Shown: positions 11,934 through 25,013 of the stretch, piece after piece
Numbering within the stretch: position 1 is the stretch's first letter
Layout of the letters: each line of letters opens with the position of its first letter
Assembly (NCBI RefSeq): GCF_006345805.1
Contig: NW_021832543.1
Coordinates: 1-59,807, forward strand
Reading direction: 5' to 3'
Source: Octopus sinensis
Taxonomy: Eukaryota
DNA length: 59,807 nt
The notes under the pieces: generated by a model
Told to the model about the DNA's origin: nothing
The model's database searches: none
Seen by the model: the letters and a program-made list of their open reading frames with translations, nothing else
Made by a program: the position numbers and the translations under genes

Positions 11934-13341
11934 AAAGATAAAAGCTGTGCGAGTAGGAAAGCCTCATGAGATTGGATGAATAAAAACAGACAATGTCTCG
12001 TGTCGAGACAACTGGGGTCGTCTCAGTTCCTCCGGCCATGAACACTACGTATAGAAATGCCTGGTTCATCAGTGGAATAAGAAATATGCATTTTATGTAT
12101 ATCTGAAAATTACTTTTTGTGATGCAGTCAAACAGATTGTTGAATAAGAATTAGGTCGCTTTTTGTTTTCCTGCCATAAAGTGAAATCCACATTTGTCAT
12201 TCAAGATTGAGACAAGATAGCCTTCATTGTAATAGGTCACATGACTGCAAGCCTTTACCCAATCCCTGTTGACCTTTGAATATCTAGCTGATGTTTCTTA
12301 TTAGCTCACCACCAAGTTCACCTCATCTTTTTATTACTTTGAACGATGACAGGGAGTTAGAAACTTTCGTGACAATGAATCCTCTGCTGCATCCGTATAT
12401 ATCGATTCTACAACTTGTGCATTGGATGCTCTTCGTTCTAGCACCAAATACCTTTTTTCTGCTTCTCTATCTTCTTCATGTCTGTCTAGCTATCGTTTTG
12501 GTTGTCTATTTTGCTGTCAGTCCGTCTGTCTGTTTATCTGGCTGATTGTCTGTCTCATGTCCGAGCACCACTCTAGTTCCACCCTCGACATTCTTTTGGC
12601 TAACTAATCATAATAGTCAATCTGGTTGAGATTCCATGCCATCTGGTTTAACACCACATCTCCTTTGGGTGCCTTTAAGTGGGGTTCACTGGCAAACTTT
12701 CAGATCAGACTTCTGGTTTGCTGGGTTCATGGCCTATCCAGGCATCATCAACTTCTACACTTCTACACCATGACAAAATATCGATGAAAACCACTTGGTC
12801 AGTTCTCTCTTCTCATACAGCCAAGGATTTTCGCCAACCAAATGTGGCACATCACCTTTTTACACACACACACTCACACACCATAACCTATTTCTCTTTG
12901 AGACATAAACTTCACGACCCTTAACTTCAGCTTATCTCTACGATTCAAGATACTCTCTGCTTCACTTCGGAAGGTAATATCTGCAAATACCTAAACTCCC
13001 CTTAGCCTTGCCTTCCTCTCTCCTGACTAGATCTCAGTTGCAATAACCTAGAGTGGCTCTGGTTCAGAGTCTCTCTCCCTCCGTTTCCCTCTCAACTGCT
13101 CGTCCCACCAATAACTCTAACTATACGATATCTTTTCATGCATTAACATATCTCACCTCTGGTGTCTCCGAAATTGTCATCAGTGGCTTCGACCCAACTC
13201 TTCATCACTCTCGTTCACATCTCCAACGGATGCTATTGGTAACGATTATTTAAGCCGGGTCTCACAGCCACAGAGAAAAATCGTTCGGACAAGCTCCCGG
13301 TAAATACGGCATTTCGTCGCGAGGCGGATCTCCCGACAACT

Positions 13342-15398
13342 TTATGCTCGGTGTGGTCTCACCTCTTGAGGGAACTCTTCCGACGAGAAGACTAGAGTGG
13401 TTTGGTCACTCGTCCGGAAGGCAATAGCATCCGGTATGATACGTAAAGATCCAAAAATATCCAGCAGTATCATCATATTTTGTTTGGAAATGTTTGCTTT
13501 AGCCACAAGTTCAGACAGCAAGGCCGATTTATCGCAATTAATTAAATTGCTCAAAGGTTTTAAAGTATCAAAATCCAAAAATGTCTCAGAGATTGGTGGT
13601 AGACTTGCCAAGGAAGAATCTTTGCTGTCATTTTGCTCTGAAAATCTATATCTAGCTCTCCCAAGCTTTCATCGATGATAGCGAAATAAATTTTGCGGTG
13701 AAAGATTATCCAGTCATCTTGTGATGGTACCAGGGCTTCAACAACATAATCTGAAAATTGTTGGGACCCGCAAGCTTTTCGATCTATGCGTTCCTCAATA
13801 ACATTTAATTGACTAATTTGTTTCAGAATCTCATCAAATATTGAAGAGTCTCTTAGTTTGGTTATTTCACTCTTGATAATCTTAAGAAGCTCAAGGCCAT
13901 GGTGTATATCACAATTGTTGACTCTGAAGCTGTTTGTCTACTGGCCTAACTATATGCAAAATTTTTCTAAGAACAAGGGCTAAAAAAACAAACCTTTTGG
14001 AATGAATTTCATGTAGAATTCCAGTTGTTTCAATCCACGTTTTTGAATTTGACGAATCTGTGCACTCGGTTAGCAAACCAACAATCTCGGACCGATTTTC
14101 TTTTACAGAAGCAATGGCACTGAGATGCTCCATAAGACGTGACAATTTTAGTCCTTTGCAGAGATTAGCTATCCTTGGCTATTTAATAAAATTATGAAGA
14201 ATATGGCTAACTCCGGAACCCGCTTCATTGTGTTAACCACATGATGCAACTGATGACTAAGACGATGAACATAGGGTGTATGTTTTTCAAGTCGATTCTC
14301 AATCTTTCTTTGAACGCCACCTATTTTGCCAGACATCACAGAAGCACCATCGTAGCATTGTGACAACATATGCTTTGGGTCAATGCCGAGGTTGGTTAGT
14401 TCCTTAATTAACAAGTCGACCCAGTTTCAGCATCATATGGTTGAGGAGTTGGCATCGCAGCTACGTTTTCCAGAACCCTGCCGTTTTTCAAGTCCCTAAT
14501 AACAATTGCAATATTTTCAGTATTACTCAAGTCATGCGTTCTGTCACATTTCAGCGTAAAGTAAAGAACAGCGGAACATTTTATTTCTCGACAACAAGAT
14601 ATCTCCTCAAAAATTCCATGATTTCGTTTTGTATTGCTGCCGAGGTCGCATTTCGGGGATTTGTGCTGGAACATTCCATTAGCTTTGAGTCTTTCTCTAA
14701 TGTGTATTGGAATCATTTCATAAAACGACCGCAGGGCTGCGTCTCACCTTCCGAATAAAGATCCTCGAAAACTTCATTTTCGTTTCCCCGAAAAGGCAAT
14801 TCGTTTGCGCAAAGTAAAATGCACAAGATCAATTGAATTGATATAGTAACGGTTTTTGCTTAATTGGCCATTTTGCAAAATTGAAGACACGGATATTAAG
14901 GATAAACGCTGTTGGCCTTCCCTCCATGTTGCCATTGCTTGGATATGGACTCAAGAGCTAACCTTTGTTTTTGTTTTGTTTTGTTTTGTCTTTTGCGTGA
15001 TGCCAGTTGGAATATCCATCTTTAATAAAGCAAGAATCCACTTGAGCAGAAGTGTTAAAGTACAGACAAGGGAAACAACATTGCTTCCCCTGAAAGAGGA
15101 ATACACTGACCATGGACGACCTGTATCTCAGTTTGACGAGAAGTCACGTTTCTGATTTCTATAAATCTTTGGATCAAACTTTGCTAGAACTGGCTGCACT
15201 GGTTGGCAGTCGACCGGTCCTAGATCATCCAAAGACTTTGCAAAACTAATACTACCTTCGTTGCGCTGCGAAACTTGTTCGTTTGCAATTCTCTTCTGTT
15301 TAGCATTAGATAAATCCGATTGAAAATTCAGCAATGATCGCTTCAGTTCTCGTTTTCGGTTGTGATTCATTATTGTACCAACACTCCGTAGTACACTG
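13342..15398 (-). mobile_element. Decayed hAT-superfamily transposase (ZMYM1-like/TTF zinc finger, DUF4371 type), multiple frameshifts
   Basis: Collinear ORF pieces: DLGPVDCQPVQP...RDFSSN; YFTLKCDRTHDLSNTENIAIVIR (first catalytic D); QCYDGASVMSGKIGGVQ (second D); YVHRLSHQL (CxxH-like); FVFLALVLRKIL...QLQS. Confidence 0.85.
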
Positions 15399-15495
15399 GC
15401 TTTAAGGTATACTTCGTTGAGTGATCTTACACTAATGTCGCTTGAATAAAAACGATTTAACCAACACCTTATACTGATTTATGTATATGTAACGA

Positions 15496-15860
15496 CAGGG
15501 CGAGTCGTTTGTGGCTTAAGAAACCAGTTCCCTGGCTACTTCGTTGCCCGGATGTCACTCCTCTGAACTTCTTTCTTTGGGGTTATGCTAAAAACATGTC
15601 TCGAACAAAGATACGGGACGTCAATGACATGAAGCGAAGGATCACTGATGCCATTGCTACAATTTATGGGGCCATGCTACAGCAAACCTGGCAAGAAATT
15701 GATTACCGTCTCGATGTGCTTCGTGCAACTAATGCTGCCCGAATAGAGATGTATTAAATGAAGGAAAAAAACCTTCAGTATCTTCTCATTTTGTAATAAT
15801 TTCCACAGATTTATCGAACTATTTGCTTTTGTAAATAGATCTTTAAAATTGTGTGTGTAT
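15496..15860 (+). mobile_element. Tc1/mariner superfamily (maT/DD37D-like) C-terminal fragment
   Basis: WLLRCPDVTPLNFFLWGYAKN...QQTWQEIDYRLDVLRATN resembles the WPPRSPDLTPLDFFLWG family; CAGGGCGAGTC at the left resembles a TIR start. Confidence 0.8.
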
Positions 15861-17304
15861 CATTCACCTACGACAGTGGCTCAATATATTCTTACGGTCA
15901 ACTTTCAGTTACTCGCGTGCACTCCTAGTCTTCATTATTAATTCAGTCCCCAACCAAATTGAATGCATTGTTTTTAGCAATGATGCTTTTAGCAAATAAG
16001 CCACATTTTTAGATCAAGTGATTGAAATTTAGTTCATTAAGCTAGCTCAAAATACGTGAGGTCAAAAATGAGAGACTAAGACAAAAAATTGAATCTGAAA
16101 AAAATTATATATAATTAAAAAAAAGTAAAAAATAGTAAAATAAAATTTCGAAATGAACAAAAGAATTGATTTCTTTAAAGCTTGCAGCACTAGATAGCAA
16201 AGCATTTTCTATTTACAGTTTTAAAAAAATATTTAAACAAATGAAAGCTGATGAACAAATTGAGTGCAAAATTTAGAAATGACCCTATAGCCTTTTTTTT
16301 TTTTTTTTGTAAAAAAAAAATTATGGGTCGTTATTATCAATTTTGCTCATATTACTATTTTGTGGGGTTTTTTAATTACAATATCAAATTTATGTGCAAA
16401 CTGACAGACTAGTCTTTTCATTAAAATGGGAAATAAATAGCGCTTTGAGTATTTTAGTTGAAACTTTTAAGTAAAAATTAAAAAATTAAAAAATAAGAAA
16501 GGGATTTGTTATTTTAGTTTTAAAATTCTAACTTAAGCAGCAATATTTAAATGTTCTTCTTCTTATCCTCCGGTTACCAGGTCTGGTGACTCTCCCATAT
16601 TGCTAGAACAATTTCAACGGTAACTTTCTGACCGTCCTTAACCAACGATCCCATAAAATATAACAGCTCCCTAATTTTACTTAGTGTGTTTATTTTCGAA
16701 CTTATGAACAACTGACCGATATAGAGTGCCCGAGATGGCAATAATAACGAAGTTATTATTGACTTGAAAAGTTACCCGATGAAAGCTGATAATAAAAGGA
16801 TGAGAAAGTAAATAAGAATGTGAAAATAACAGGAAAATAAGAAAATTATATTTATCACTCCCAAAATACTATACAGGTATGATTCACTGCAGATGTTCAT
16901 GAAGAACTCATGGAGACACGAGGAAGCACGGACACACCTTTGCATTCCGAATTTTCGTTCTGTAATTTCAGTGTGTTGCAAACCCTAACCCCGAACCAGA
17001 TCAGGGGATTTCATAGCGTAGACAACAGACCCTGCGGTAGGCGGCACGCTAAAGTAGCATTGAAATTTCTTCTGTCAGTCGCAGTACCGGATGCATTATT
17101 CTGAATTTATTAACATTTTGAGACAATGAAGATAGCACAATGGACTCCCGAATACAAAAAGATCAACAGAAAAACTCCAGCAATTAAGCGGAGACCTTAT
17201 TTGAAGGTTTATCGAGATTGCTTCAAACGCTAAAGTGTTACTCACAATCAAAAATATATATACAAAGACATGTAGCATATTTTTCTTGTGTGTGTGTGTG
17301 TGTG

Positions 17305-17775
17305 TACAAAGGTGGACCCAAAAGTAATCGGAAACCTTCTCTGTGGGATCAGCCCTTTGTAGTTGGGGTTTCCGCCACTTGATGCAACCCTCAGGCATCA
17401 GCCTGCCTGCCGGCATTATCCTCTGGGCTCATACTGCCACTTGCTACGTCTTTACTTTGCAATGCTTCTCCCTGTTCGTCGATTTTCGCTGTGGCTGAAA
17501 AAAAAAAGAACAGTGTGCTTCCGTGAAATTGTTTTCTGCTGGGAAAACGGTGGCTGAAACAGTTGTCATGCTTCAAACAGCTTACAAGGACGTTGCCATG
17601 AGCAAAACACAGGTTTACGAGTGGTTTCCACGCTTTAGGGATGGTTACTTGTTGCTTGAAGACCAACCTCATTCAGGACTACCGTCGACCCGAACGAATG
17701 AATAAAAAATATCATGAAAATTCCTGAACTGATCTTGGAGAACCGTCACCGAACAACTGACGTATTTTTTGATAT
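17305..17775 (+). mobile_element. mariner element, 5' part (TIR-like end and HTH region), interrupted by Gypsy
   Basis: GKTVAETVVMLQTAYKDVAMSKTQVYEWFPRFRDG...EDQPHSGLPST...KIPELILENRHRT. Confidence 0.88.
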
Positions 17776-17829
17776 TGTAAGAATTAGCACTTCCTTCTCA
17801 AAGCTTGGATTCGAAATCAGACCCAAGAA

Positions 17830-19693
17830 ATCTTCTCGGACGAAGAGCATAATCAACACCTTCACCTGCTTTTCGGACGACTACGTCAATTTGGAATTGT
17901 TATCAACCCTACCAAATGTTTGTTCGGAGTTGCTTCCCTTCATTTTCTCGGCCATATAGTCGATAAAAATGGAATTCGTCCCCTTCCCGAGAAAGTCAAG
18001 GCCATCGTGGATTTTCCACCACCCACATCTCTCCGCAAATTAAGGGAATATCTCGGTCTAGCGAATTTCTATCGACGGTTCGTGCCCCACCTCGCTGAAA
18101 TAGCGCAACCGCTCACGGATTTGCTACGTCAGCGAACCTGCAAAAATGCAGATATAGCTCTGACCGAAGATCAACTCGTTTCTTTCGCTGCCCTGAAAAA
18201 AGCGTTATCTAGCGCTACCATGTTGGTTTATCCAAAACCAGACGCCCCACGATGTTTACTCGTTGATGCATCCGATTCCGGAATCGGAGGTGTGCTACAA
18301 CAGCTTGTTGACGGTATATGGCAACCGTTGTCTTTCTTTTCTAAGCGGTTAAAACCCGCGGAAACCAAATACAGCACATTCAGTCGGGAATTATTGGCGG
18401 CATACCTGGCCGTTAAGCATTTCCGTCATATGCTAGAAGGTACCAATTTTGCCATATACACCGACCACAAGCCATTAGTATACGCATTTAACACCAAACC
18501 GGATCGCCATTCGCCAAGAGAAATACGCCACCTCGACTTCATATCGCAGTACACGACGGATATACGCCACATCAAAGGGACGACCAACGTGGCAGCCGAT
18601 GCACTTTCACGTGCGCAGATCAATGCTATCCACACCACGTCTACAATTGATCTGGCACGTATAGCAGCTGACCAGGAGAATGACGAAGAACTTCTAAAGC
18701 TCCGGAATTCGTCATCTCTGAAATTTCAGCATGTTCCGCTACCATCATCCACAGCCCATATTTGGTATGATATTTCCACTGGTTACCAACGCCCTTATGT
18801 ACCACAGAAATATCGTCGAGAAGTTTTCTCCGCTCTACATTCTCTGTCACATCCTGGTATTCGCTCCACTCAAAAGCTAATATCGACCCGTTTTGTGTGG
18901 ACCAGTATCAACAAGGATATCAGAGAATGGACCAAGTGCTGTGTTGCGTGCCAAAAAGCGAAAATCCACCGGCACATAAAATCACCAATCGGTTCATTTT
19001 CGCAGCCCGATGCACGATTTCAGCACGTTCACATTGATATTGTTGGACCCCTGCCACCTTCGCAGAACTATTCATATTTGCTAACTTGCGTAGATAGGTT
19101 CTCGCGATGGCCCGAAGCCTGGCCCCTATCTGATATATCAGCAGAAACGGTCGCTAAAACGCTGATATCACAATGGGTTTCGCGTTTTGGCACACCCGCA
19201 ACAATTACCACCGACAGAGGACGTCAGTTCGATTCCCACCTTTTCACCGAGCTGACTCGTCTCCTCGGGTGTAAACACACCCGCACTACAGCTTACCACC
19301 CTGCAGCAAATGGCATGGTGGAACGCTTTCACCGCCAACTCAAGGCATCTATAAAAGCTGCTCCAGACAGTTCTCACTGGTTGGAACATCTCCCTCTCAT
19401 CCTCCTTGGGGTCATCCTCCTACAAGGTCATCAAAAGAGAACCCAAATATTTCGTCCTCGATATTGGAGGTAAACGAAATACGGTCTCGATTGATCGTTT
19501 AAAAAAAGCTTTCATCGAGGAGGACTTACATTCAGTCCCCTCTTTTCCTCAAACAGACTCGGCAACTCCAGCGAACACCACAGATTCTGCACAACCCCGA
19601 CACACCAAATCAGGAAGAACAGTTCGATGGCCAGCAAGGTTTGTGCAAGTTTTTCGGGTAAGTTCTGAACTCCTAACGTATCCATCTTCCTAA
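17830..19693 (+). pseudogene. pol: Gypsy pol remnant (RT C-terminus, RNase H, integrase; GPY/F tail in a shifted frame)
   Basis: [40 protein letters not shown], zinc-binding [34 protein letters not shown]; [28 protein letters not shown] at 19406-19693. Confidence 0.93.
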
Positions 19694-20195
19694 TGAACAC
19701 ATAACTGCATCACCCACCCAGAGAAATCAAAGAACATTTGTGTACGTAAAGAAAAAAAAAATGAAAACAAAAAACTGTCTGTATGAACTTTTACGGAACA
19801 TTTCAAAATCGAACTTTGCCGATGAACATTTCTTTCATTTTTGCATGTACATATTTTTTTGTTTTCTCTTCAAAATGTTTGCTTTCTCATAAATATATTT
19901 TTTTGCTAACTGTATATCCACACACATTTACAAATCTTGTTCTCATGCGTGCTATCACTCGATTTTTTTTCGCCACTGAAAGATACCTTGTCTCTATTAG
20001 ACCTCTAGTAGGTCGAGTAATCAATAGACGCACATCTCTTTCAACGCGCCAACATAATTCTGCCTGGGCACATATACATATTGCCCACCATATAGCACAT
20101 ACAAATTGTAAACCTTACATGCACACAATCAAAAAAAAAATAATAATAATAATGATACATTTCCAATATCGTTCGATCTCTGTGGCTTTCTCACT

Positions 20196-20208
20196 AGAAG
20201 GGGGGTAG
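20196..20208 (+). promoter_or_regulatory. Polypurine tract of the Gypsy element
   Basis: AGAAGGGGGGTAG immediately before the TG of the 3' LTR. Confidence 0.85.
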
Positions 20209-20793
20209 TGTAAGAATTAGCACTTCCTTCTCAAAGCTTGGATTCGAAATCAGACCCAAGAATCATTGGTCGTAAAATACCAATGCACAAAAAGGCGCGA
20301 AATCAGAATCTCTTTGTTCTGACAAAAAAATGATGGATCGTCTCCCTTCGACCTCTGACCCGAGCAGGTCAGACGAAGTTTAACAGGACGACCAGCGACC
20401 TACTTTAATGATAACTCTCTTGCGGTATATCTATTTTTCTGGCTATTTGAGATGTTATAAATAGAACGGAGAAATAGGTATCTGCAGAGAACCCGAACCA
20501 ACGCTATTGAGAACGCCACGCATTTATGAGGACGACGAAAGAATATTCAGAAAGGTGACTCTGTACTGCATGATTTACACATACACACACACACACACCA
20601 TCAAACATATTCTGCTTTAATGTGTATCATGTATTATGCATTCCTTTAATATGTATTATTTGCAACCACTATTTAATATGCATTTTGTACAAGCGATGTG
20701 TAGCATTGCTTACAAATTGATGTAGTGATAATAAATCTTTAATTTATTACAAAACACTTATGTATTTATTAATACATCCACGCATCCACTACA
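20209..20793 (+). repeat. Gypsy 3' LTR (585 bp)
   Basis: Starts TGTAAG, ends ACTACA; TATAAATA at 20456-20463; AATAAA at 20730-20735. Confidence 0.9.
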
Positions 20794-21215
20794 ATATGAC
20801 TGGTGTGTCCTGGAGTTCCTGTCAACGAATTTTGGGAATGAAAAGAGTTGCAACCAAATTTGTGCCTCACTTCTTCGTGGAAGATCAAAAGCAGTCATGA
20901 CTGAACGTGTGTCAAGAACCGAAGGAACGGTTGGAAGTTGATCTGGACCTTTTTTTTCGAAGGTCATCTCCGGGGACAAAAACTGGTGCTAGGGAATTTG
21001 CAGATGTGGAAGAGGTGAAGAAGAAAAAATGAGGGATGCGTTAAAGGGCAACACTTGGCAAGAGTTCCAGCACTGCTTCCAACGGTGGAAAATGCATCCG
21101 GACCGAGGCATTGGTTCAAATGGAGAATAAGTTATGTGAAGGCGATAAAAGTGTAAACACGTAAAACTAAGGGAATAGAATAACATTGCGAAATTCCGGC
21201 TCCTTCTGGATGTCT
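20794..21215 (+). mobile_element. mariner element, 3' part (catalytic core deleted)
   Basis: MTGVSWSSCQRI...KRVATKFVP...KVISGDKNWC joined directly to ADVEEVK...QEFQHCFQRWK; removing the Gypsy restores GAT ATG ACT GGT (DMTG). Confidence 0.85.
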
Positions 21216-21240
21216 GTGTGTGCGCGCGCATGTATGTATA

Positions 21241-21643
21241 CTCTTTTACTTGTTTCAGTCATTTGACTGCGGCCATGCTGGAGCACCGCCTTTAGTCGAG
21301 CATATCGACCCCGGGACTTATTCTTTGTAAGCCCAGTTCTTATTCTATCGGTCTCTTTTGCCAAACCGCTAAGTGACGGAGACGTAAACACACAAGCATC
21401 GGTTGTCAAGCAATGCTAGGGGGACAAACACAGACACACAAACATATATACACACACACTTATATATATATGCATATATACGACAGGCTTCTTTCAGTTT
21501 CCGTCTACCAAATCCACTCACAAAGCATTGGTCGGCCCGGGTCTATAGCAGAAGACACTTGCCCAAGATGCCACGCAGTGGGACTGAACCCGGAACCATG
21601 TGGTTGGTTAGCAAGCTACTTACCACACAGCCACTCCTGCGCC
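21241..21643 (-). mobile_element. Full-length SINE family A
   Basis: Reverse complement of the 10397 copy. Confidence 0.9.
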
Positions 21644-21654
21644 TATTTGGACAA

Positions 21655-23850
21655 ATATTTTTGAAATCTCCCAACTGCATCAGGGTAGAGAGATTTCAGG
21701 GTGCTGTGTGTGTTCTGTGTTCTGTGTAGGATTTTAATGTGTTGCGGTGGTGTTGTGCGTTGGTGATTCTTTGTTTTGGTATCATTTTCGGTTATGTTGG
21801 TGTTTCACCTAATGTATTCCATTAGGTCGGCGTTGTTGGTGTTTATGGCTGTCAACATTGTTGGGGGGGGGTGTTTGTGTTGATATGCTTGTTTTCTGCG
21901 GATGTTTTAGTTTCGGGAGTGGTAAACCTCCCTGCTTTGCTTGTCTGCTTCTCTATTCATTTTTCCCCCTTTTCTCCCCCCCCCACCCGTGGCTATTTGC
22001 CAATCCTCTGTGTCGTCTTCATCTGATGACATGTCAGAGGAATCAGAGAGTGGGAGGGGAAGTGTATTGTGGTCTATTTCTTACTGTATTGACTTTGTTG
22101 TTGGCGTTGGTGCTGGTTGGTGACCGTTGGGGTGTGGTGTATGGGTTTTGGGAGGTGGGGTATGAGTATTTTCTGTTTGTGTGATTGTAGGTATTGTTGT
22201 GGGGTGTGTGTTGTTGGGGGATTGGGAGTAGTAACTGTCTCTTCTTCATTCATTGTAGTTGTTCTTGGTGTTGCAATTGGTTTATCTTTAGTTGGTGGTG
22301 GTGGTGGTGTTGTTTCTGTTCTTGGCGCAGGTGGTGGTGTTGTTTGGTTGGGTTGGTTCGTTCGTTGTTGCTTTTCTTGCATTTCTGCGTATAACTGCTT
22401 GATCAGTTGTGCATATTGTAGTGTGCGAAATAATGCTGTTTTTTTTTTGGTTTTTCCTGCGGTTGTTGTTGTTGCTGTTGTTTCGCGGAAGATTTGCAAT
22501 CCTTTTTAAGGTGTGCTTCACTGCCGCATATATAGCAGCGTGGTCTTCTGCCCTCGACTACTACATACAATTTGTGGTCCTCCGATAGATGTATATGGGT
22601 GGGTATTTTATTAATGGCGTCTTGGTTTATGTGGAGAAGAATCTCCAGTCTCTTTTCCACCCAGTTTTTGTGTGCAGAAACAGCGATTTGTAGGATATTT
22701 ATGTCCTCCATTTCGACACATATGGCTGATGTTACCCAGAGTCTGTCTGCTATTTGAGGAACATTGTTGATTATGACTTTTGTTACCTTCTGGCCAAGGT
22801 AGCTGGGTATCATTATTAGGTCGTCTGAATGAAGAGTTAGCGTTGAGAATTGTTTTGCTAACTCTTCATTTTGAAAAACCACTTGTACATGGGCAAACTT
22901 GTTCCACCATGTCACATACTCTTTATATCCCCAGATAGGGCGTAGGTATTTTTTATTTTTGTCTGTGTTTGCTTTTTCTGGACTTTTAGTTGTACTGTTT
23001 GTTATTTTATATATAATTGTTTTTTTTTTTCGTCATCTAGTATATGTTGTGGTATATTTAGTTGCACTTTGCCATTTTCTTTGGTGACTAATGCTTTAGT
23101 ATCTTTTATCTGCTGTGCAGTAAAAGATACTATTGTCTTTTTTCTTTTATCGCCTCGGCGAAATTTGTTGTTGTTTTGTTGTTGTTGTTGTTGTTGTTGC
23201 TGGTGGTGGTGGTGGTGGTGGTGTTGGTGTTGATGGCAGAGGTGACAGTTGTGGGTATATCCCGTGTATGGCTGTTGATTATGCAACTAGGAAGAGGTGG
23301 AAAATTGTTTGCATAATTTGCCCCTGCATTTGAGCAGATTTCGGCAATTCGTTTGGTGGTCGTGGCTTTTTCTTTCTCTCCTTCAGTTGTTGGTGGTGGA
23401 GGGAGCAAGGGCTGAAGGGAATTGTTGTTGTTGTTGTTGTTATTGTCGTTCTTGGTGGTGTCAATGGCAGGGGAGGCAGCCGTAGCAGCAGATATTGAAG
23501 TGGTGGCGTTGGTATTGACGGCATGGTCTTTGGTGGCGGTGACGGTGAATGGCCTAGCGACCTTGGTTTTGTTGTTGTTGGTGGTGGTAGTGGTATCGTT
23601 AGCACAGGAAGCAGTTATAGTAACCGGAAGCCACCGTGGTGGTGGTGTCGGTGTTGATGGTGGAGTCATTGGTGGCGGTGACGGTGAATGGCCTTGCGAC
23701 CTTGGTTTTGTTGTTGCTGTTGTTGTTAATGCTGATGGTGGTGGTGGTGGTGGTGTTCAAGCTGTCAGGTTCAGCTAAAAGTGGCGGGAAATCTTGCTCG
23801 TTTGTTCCGGCGTCACGCTTGACTTGCGCCTTGGCCTGAACCAATCAAGA
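21655..23850 (-). mobile_element. L1/Tx1-like non-LTR retrotransposon ORF1 (gag-like, CCHC knuckle), frameshifted; no ORF2 attached
   Basis: 22403-22915 ORF ends VVVEGRRPRCYICGSEAHLKKDC (CX2CX4HX4C); flanked by T/N/Q/P low-complexity ORF pieces in the same orientation. Confidence 0.65.
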
Positions 23851-24059
23851 AAAAGAAAAAGGGGGCAAAGCAGCGGAAGTCGTAGGGGGAGGTGTGATGG
23901 TCTACGTCCCCCAGAACAAATTATGTGCTAAGCTGCGCTCCGCGGTAATGACAGCGATGGCGTTGCCAGGGAGGATGACCGGGCAACACACGTTGGTTCC
24001 ACATTGAAACATTCATCGAACGTGAAGGCACATCCATAGAGTAATCGCTATAGAAGTAG

Positions 24060-24352
24060 AAAAAGCTGCACCAAATGCTTAGCATTTCGTCCTTTGCGTT
24101 CTGAGTTCAAATTCCGCCTTTCCTTCCTTTCGGAGTCGATAAATTAAGTACCAGTGAAACACTGAGGTCAATGTAATCGACTAGGCCCCTCCCCCAAAAT
24201 TTCAGGCCTTGTGCCTCAAGTAGAAAGGATTATTTATAGATTCTAGTCAGGCAGCGAACTGGCAGAATGTTTAGCGGCATTTCGGCCGTCTTTACGTTCT
24301 GAGTTCAAAGTCCGATAAAATCAGTCAGCTACTAGGGTCGAAGTAATCGACT
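24060..24352 (+). mobile_element. Two adjacent SINE family B copies
   Basis: TTCTGAGTTCAAATTCCGCC...AAAATTTCAGGCCTTGTGCC; a second GGCAGCGAACTGGCAGAA start at ~24250. Confidence 0.8.
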
Positions 24353-24964
24353 TCCATAAACAATCTCGATTGTTCACAAATAGGATAGGAACTATAACAA
24401 GTCCACTGCTACTTCAGTTTTTCAACCCTTGAAGAACTGATTGTAAAAATGAATAAATTCAACGGGATTTGAACGCAAAACGTTCACAGTATATTGCATT
24501 CTCATCAAACCAGATTTCTTTAATAACCTTGAATGGCTGTTGATTAGATTCGTCAAAAAATTCTTGAAATTACGTCATGAAGGTTGACGGCAGACATTAT
24601 GACGTTGGATTCCTAAAGAAACAAACTGAAGGTTTTTCTCACTTCTACTTGGCTTTCTTTAGAATTGGTGCTTCAAGTTAGTCACGGGTTGATTTATTAT
24701 ATTTCTTATTGGTTTATTGGCTTTGAATTAATCCCTGTCTTATTTTCATAATTTAACTGATAACTTAATCAACCAACTCTCTTTTCCTTTCTTTTCTCCT
24801 TTCGTCTTAAAGACTTTCCTTTCTCTATTTCCGTCTTTAACACTACTTCTCTTTGTATTTTTGCCTGCTTCATTTGGTCATTAATAACCGACTGATTCAA
24901 ATATAGCATTTATCATTCATTTTATTACAATTGAATTCACTGCCTTTATACAATGTCTCCTTTG

Positions 24965-24966
<2 letters not shown>

Positions 24967-25010
<44 letters not shown>
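24967..25010. repeat. (CT)n microsatellite
   Basis: Direct reading. Confidence 0.95.

Positions 25011-25013
<3 letters not shown>

Larger units (their letters stand above)
17776..20793 (+). mobile_element. Internally deleted Ty3/Gypsy LTR retrotransposon with ATAT TSD
   Basis: TG...CA termini; ATAT at 17772-17775 and 20794-20797; 54-bp 5'-LTR stub identical to the start of the 3' LTR; RT end, RNase H and integrase; PPT. Confidence 0.95.

Noticed and set aside
13397-13678. 93-aa plus-strand ORF (and 14441-14758, 14856-15155)
   Set aside because: Antisense to the hAT transposase pieces, with no independent motif
16739-16761. Helitron 3' hairpin (CAATAATAAC-GAA-GTTATTATTG)
   Set aside because: AT-rich stem, with no CTRR terminus at the expected distance
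17920-19473. Active or domesticated Gypsy pol gene
   Set aside because: Lacks promoter, gag, protease and the RT catalytic motif, and has a frameshifting deletion in integrase
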